Positions 59,647 through 64,000 of a DNA stretch of 64,000 bases are shown here, one piece after another; the stretch's first letter is position 1; each line of letters starts with the position of its first letter. Under the pieces are notes generated by a model. That model was given only the letters and a program-made list of their open reading frames with translations. It ran no database searches and was not told where the DNA came from. A program made the translations under genes and the position numbers. This DNA is from Asterionella formosa (Eukaryota), in the NCBI GenBank assembly GCA_002256025.1, contig NKIB01012964.1:1-64000 (forward strand), in the 5' to 3' direction.

Positions 59647-61362
59647 TTACACTCGCTTCAACCACAATTGACTAAAGGCCCAATCTGCGATGATTACCAT
59701 CAAACTACTCATAACGACAGCAAAAGTAATGACGTCAGGCACATGTCGAGGTGTTAAATGGGGCCACAGACGAGCCGATAGTTCTGCCACAAGCATAGTG
59801 ATGGTCATGAACGCGACTGCTTTGGTCACATGATACACTGGCGGATAGGTCCAAAATTCAATCAATGCGTCTCCATAATTTTCAGAAAAAGTGCTTCTCA
59901 AGTCGAAATTCAGAAGAGCGTCTTTAAATGTGTACTCAATGCTTCCATCATTCACCTCCCAAAGAGGAGCAAGCGAGCGAAGTCTCCAGATAGGGAAAGT
60001 CGATTTGTACACTTCTTTCAAATAGAATTGTCGCGTCCCAATACCATATTGTGGACCTACGTGGCTTCCCAAGAAAATTGCCAACGCTGTCCCCATGGCC
60101 GTCAAGATTGGTGCCGCCAACAAAGCCGCTGCTAAACTTGGCAACAGCGTCCAGGTGAGTGGAGATATACCCAAGGTCGCTAGCAATTTTGTTTCCGACG
60201 TTGATTTCATTGTAGCCACTTTTCCAGCGTAGGAGCCACCAATCCTACCGCACAACAGGAGTGCCGTGAGCAAAGGGCCGATTTCCAATACAAACAATTT
60301 CCCCATTCCCATTGCGTACAGCACTGCCTTGGCCTCAGGGACTGCTGTATTGAGCATTGACTTGACTTTGGCTTTAATCATCATGAGCATCAATGGGCTG
60401 GACTCCTCCCCAGTAATCAACTTCAACATAGGACGAACTTCTTGATCAACAATGCCTACGACCTGATTAGTTACATCGATTCGCCTCAAAATATCACAAC
60501 TAAGCATAGAAATCGCTAAGCCACATGCCATGAACGTCATTAGAATCAATGGAATGGACCAGCCAATGTAGTCCGTTAATCGTTCCTTGAATCGATCAAA
60601 ATTCCTAGTTCCAAAGAGATTAAGAATTTTATCTTTTTGAGAGTGTGTGTCCTTGCAGCCCCCATTGAGAGGTGCCGTCAATTCCACTATGACGTTGTTG
60701 TTTGTTGTCTCTTGTTCCATCACCATATTTGCTAATTCTGGTTCATGACTAATCAAAATAAGGGCTGTTTTATATTCCAATCTCAAGTGCACCAATTCCC
60801 TCGCGACTGCTTTGGCAGATTCGTAGTCAAGGCCAGTAAAAGGTTCATCCAACACAATGACTCGCTTGCGCTGAGCCAACTGTAGTGCAAGGGAGGCCCT
60901 TCGCCCCATTCCACCTGACAGTTCACTTGGTCGTTTATTGGCATCGTTTTGGAAGTCCAATCCCACACTTTCAAGAAGGGTTTGTATTTGCTTGTGCAGA
61001 GGCGTCGTTGAGATGATGCTAGACGAGGCATGCATCAATGCGACTGCCAAGTTCCCAGCGACAGTCAGTTCATCCACCAGCGTTGTTTGCTGGAATAAAA
61101 CACCACAGCGCTCTTGCAGAGGAATATCATCCCTCCATTGAATCCCCACGTCAATGTCTAGCCGATCGAGTGAACTAGAGTTGCTCAAGCCAGCCAAGTA
61201 GGTGGCAAGAGTTGTCTTCCCAAAGCCGCTGTTTCCTTTGAGCCAGACGCAGGCGCCAGGATCGAGCTGGAACTCAATGGTTGCATTTCCGAATGGGCAC
61301 TTTCTTCCCTTGTTTGTGGCGTGCAATGACACTAATGGAGAATTAGGAGACGTAGATGTCAT
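59647..61362 (-). CDS. Fusion of an ABC ATPase (MlaF/TGD3-like) and an MlaE/TGD1-like permease
   Basis: Walker A GNSGFGKT, Q-loop VLFQQ, signature LSGGMGRR, Walker B IVLDEPFTGLD and H-loop ISH, followed by the MlaE motif EIGPLLTALLLCGRIGGSYA...MK..L..LGISP and several transmembrane helices in one ORF. Confidence 0.9.
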   Translation of the reverse strand: MTSTSPNSPLVSLHATNKGRKCPFGNATIEFQLDPGACVWLKGNSGFGKTTLATYLAGLSNSSSLDRLDIDVGIQWRDDIPLQERCGVLFQQTTLVDELTVAGNLAVALMHASSSIISTTPLHKQIQTLLESVGLDFQNDANKRPSELSGGMGRRASLALQLAQRKRVIVLDEPFTGLDYESAKAVARELVHLRLEYKTALILISHEPELANMVMEQETTNNNVIVELTAPLNGGCKDTHSQKDKILNLFGTRNFDRFKERLTDYIGWSIPLILMTFMACGLAISMLSCDILRRIDVTNQVVGIVDQEVRPMLKLITGEESSPLMLMMIKAKVKSMLNTAVPEAKAVLYAMGMGKLFVLEIGPLLTALLLCGRIGGSYAGKVATMKSTSETKLLATLGISPLTWTLLPSLAAALLAAPILTAMGTALAIFLGSHVGPQYGIGTRQFYLKEVYKSTFPIWRLRSLAPLWEVNDGSIEYTFKDALLNFDLRSTFSENYGDALIEFWTYPPVYHVTKAVAFMTITMLVAELSARLWPHLTPRHVPDVITFAVVMSSLMVIIADWAFSQLWLKRV

Positions 61363-62951
61363 GCCTTTCGTGGTGCGAGGGTATAATAGTCAGCAATTCA
61401 ATAAACTGATTTTGATTCCACGGAATGGTGACCTCGTAGGATGCCGACCGTGTCGCGCTGCTTTAGTTGTTGTGGGAGTACCAGGTAATATTGGCAAATA
61501 TTTTCATACCTGGTTCTCCAGAGCACTACTTTCATTCATACCAGGACCTGGTACCAGGTACCGGTTGACTACCCAAATTATACCGTAGCTGTAGTATGAT
61601 GTGGCCTGTGGACTATAGATACCACGAGGTACCTGGTACCTGGTCCCTGGTACTGCTGTGAAAAAGTACCTGGTACCTGGTACCAGATACTGTTAAATCT
61701 TTGCAGGTCGTCCAAGAGTATTTCTTTGACAGTTGCTGTATTCAATTACTGATAGACTACGGAATTGCTTCGGAATTAAACTACCGGTACACATGATCCG
61801 CAGCTAAGAAATAAAAAATTACTCGGTTACATACTTGAACGATATGCCGGTAGACCTGTATCATATGAATAGCTAACCTGTAACTGTGACACGTTAATAT
61901 ACCGGTGCTTATACTCAGCTCCCGCCGGCCCGTAACTTCACGTTTGTGGTGGTGTTTTCCTTTGTTTTGTGAAAATATTCTTGGCCATCGCTATGCAACA
62001 GTTGCTTGTCCTGCGACAGTCGTGGCAAGCCCATCTTTGCCCTTATGTATAGTATGAGGTGTCGTTTACTATCAGTCAATGACTCACAAATATTCTTCTT
62101 TTGCTTGGCTATTCAACTCTGCTACCTGTATCGACACACATGCAGCTACCGGTACTTGTTTATCTCTATCTATATACCGGTATTGCTATGGTCGTATCTC
62201 GTCTGTCTGAGCGTCTACATTATTCCTGCTTGTTCGTTTCCAGAGACATTCTCTTTGCTTACCATTTGACCAATGATGATTGAGTCAGCCCCGCGGCAGT
62301 GGGACGAAAGTGGAGGCCCAGCATGTGGATGGTGATGTGAAGGAAAGTAGACTACCGGTACCGGTACGGTAATAAATATCCGGAAAATTTACAGGTAATA
62401 TGTAGGAGCACCAGGGTACCGGTGATGTACGTCCTGCATATATAGACTAACTAGGTACGGGTAAAATTGCAGACAGTTGGAGGCTGGAGGTACCTATACA
62501 TATATACATACTACCTGTGTGATGTTATCCAGGCAGGATTCACAAAAAGTGATCCATACGAGAAAATATGATTCACCGGTATATCATATTCCGGTATATA
62601 TATTTGTACTCGGAGTACTAAATATTATAGGGACTATATTCTCCATTTTTTGACAACATTCTTCCGACTTCCACAATACTCACATCATAATACGCAATCG
62701 AGAACCAAGGATCAAGGTATATAGAATTAGGGCGTCACCCTGTTTCCTTTCTCTTTCAATCCATAGTTAAACTTGATTTCGAGCACCGGAGGAATTAACC
62801 GGTACTCTCCTGTCAAACTGCGACCTCACAATTTGAAATTTGAAACATTTTTGCGTTACAAGGGAACACTGGAGACTTGTGCACACCGCGTTTCTTCTTT
62901 TCAGCCAAGTCATGCTAAACTGTACAGTCATTCCTTGCTTTTACTCATCAG

Positions 62952-63829
62952 ATGATAATAGTACTGCAATTGACGACGGACAAGACACTTTTGGTCAAGG
63001 AATCCTTTATGTACTTGCACTTGTTCTCGGCACCTTCGTTTTGATTCTCTTATCGATATGGGTTCTAAGCCTTTTCTTGGATTTACACTGTTGTTTACCG
63101 TCACAGTGGTTCATTTCTGAAATTGAGGCCCTAGAAGTGGAATCTGGGCCTGTAGCGGCAAGAGCTGGACTAACAGGATTGACATCAGACGCGAGGAGAT
63201 CGATTTTGGAACAGATTTGGAAAGGCACGCCGTATAAGCGTCGAGTGTCAAGCAGTAGCATAGAAACGAAGAAATCAATGTCGGAAAATGATTGTAACAC
63301 TGATATTACCATGAAGCAGCTCGAGGATATTGAACGAGGAAGGGGATTGGTGCCCGTGTCACGAAGCATCGGGATAGAGATCAACGAGACGATCGCGGCC
63401 GACCTTACCAATGATTGGGATGCTCCCCTGAATGACGAGGAAAGCGGTAAGGCATGTGCAATTTGCCTCGATAACTATGGTAAGTCAAAATATGAACAAC
63501 TCATTGTCCACTTTACCTGAGATTTTGTCATGTCTCTCATGATTATCCGTTGGACAGACGAACACGACCTCGTAGTGACGGGATCGTCTTGTACCCACTT
63601 TTTTCACAGGTCGTGTGCTTTGGCGTGGCTGGATAAGCATGATGATTGTCCCTGTTGTCGACGAGATATGATGACACCATATCAGATGGAAGTGGCAGCA
63701 AACCAGTTGTCGGATGAGCGAAAAATGCTGGCTAAGGTCGCGGCATCGGAATCGGCAACTACCGGTATACAGCACGGAACATTCGTGGAGTATCATGGGG
63801 CCTCAGTAACGGACCAGCGAGAAAGTTAG
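62952..63829 (+). CDS. Transmembrane RING-H2 E3 ubiquitin ligase (5' end uncertain)
   Basis: Transmembrane helix ILYVLALVLGTFVLILLSIWV. Predicted intron 63480-63557 joins CAICLDNY to DEHD..CTHFFHRSCALAWL..CPCCR. The upstream exon or start codon is not resolved. Confidence 0.85.
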
Positions 63830-64000
63830 TATTAAATGATGTAAAGAATGAATGACATTTCTTTAGTTGCTGGCAAATAATCATGTTGAATTTTGAAATA
63901 ACCTACACCAATAGAATTGAACGCTAGTGCTGATGCATAGGGTACCAGGGTACCTAAAATTACTTTTATAGACGCCCGAAAGACTCTGCAAATAGTTCAG

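Overview
Eukaryotic nuclear DNA, most likely from a diatom (stramenopile). This is inferred from the short GT-AG introns of 64-92 bp, the intron-poor genes, and the kinds of genes and transposon relics present; the species cannot be determined. About 14 apparently intact host genes lie between AT-rich islands of decayed transposons. The genes encode a DEDDh RNA exonuclease, a trypsin-like protease, a CTL/SLC44 transporter, a class C GPCR with a bacterial-type sugar-binding ectodomain, GPN2, an eIF2-alpha-type kinase, SEC12, a cyclophilin-like protein, a 2OG-Fe(II) oxygenase-like protein, a kinase/EF-hand/cNMP protein, an MlaF-MlaE fusion, a RING-H2 ligase and several hypotheticals. The transposon relics include Plavaka/CACTA-like, Mutator-like and Tc1-like DDE remnants, a PIF/Harbinger-type element with a nested solo LTR, a TRIM-like mini-LTR element and MITEs. 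The most notable observations are: (1) a single-chain MlaF+MlaE (TGD3+TGD1-like) lipid ABC transporter; (2) the RbsB/LsrB-like-ectodomain GPCR with an inverted truncated paralogue; (3) a probably mitochondria-anchored Ca2+/cyclic-nucleotide kinase; (4) GGTACC/TACCGGTA palindrome clusters upstream of most genes; (5) a 193-bp near-perfect palindrome; (6) an F-box-like ORF between direct repeats; (7) a MITE carrying telomeric repeats. All family assignments come from motifs read by eye; no database searches were run.
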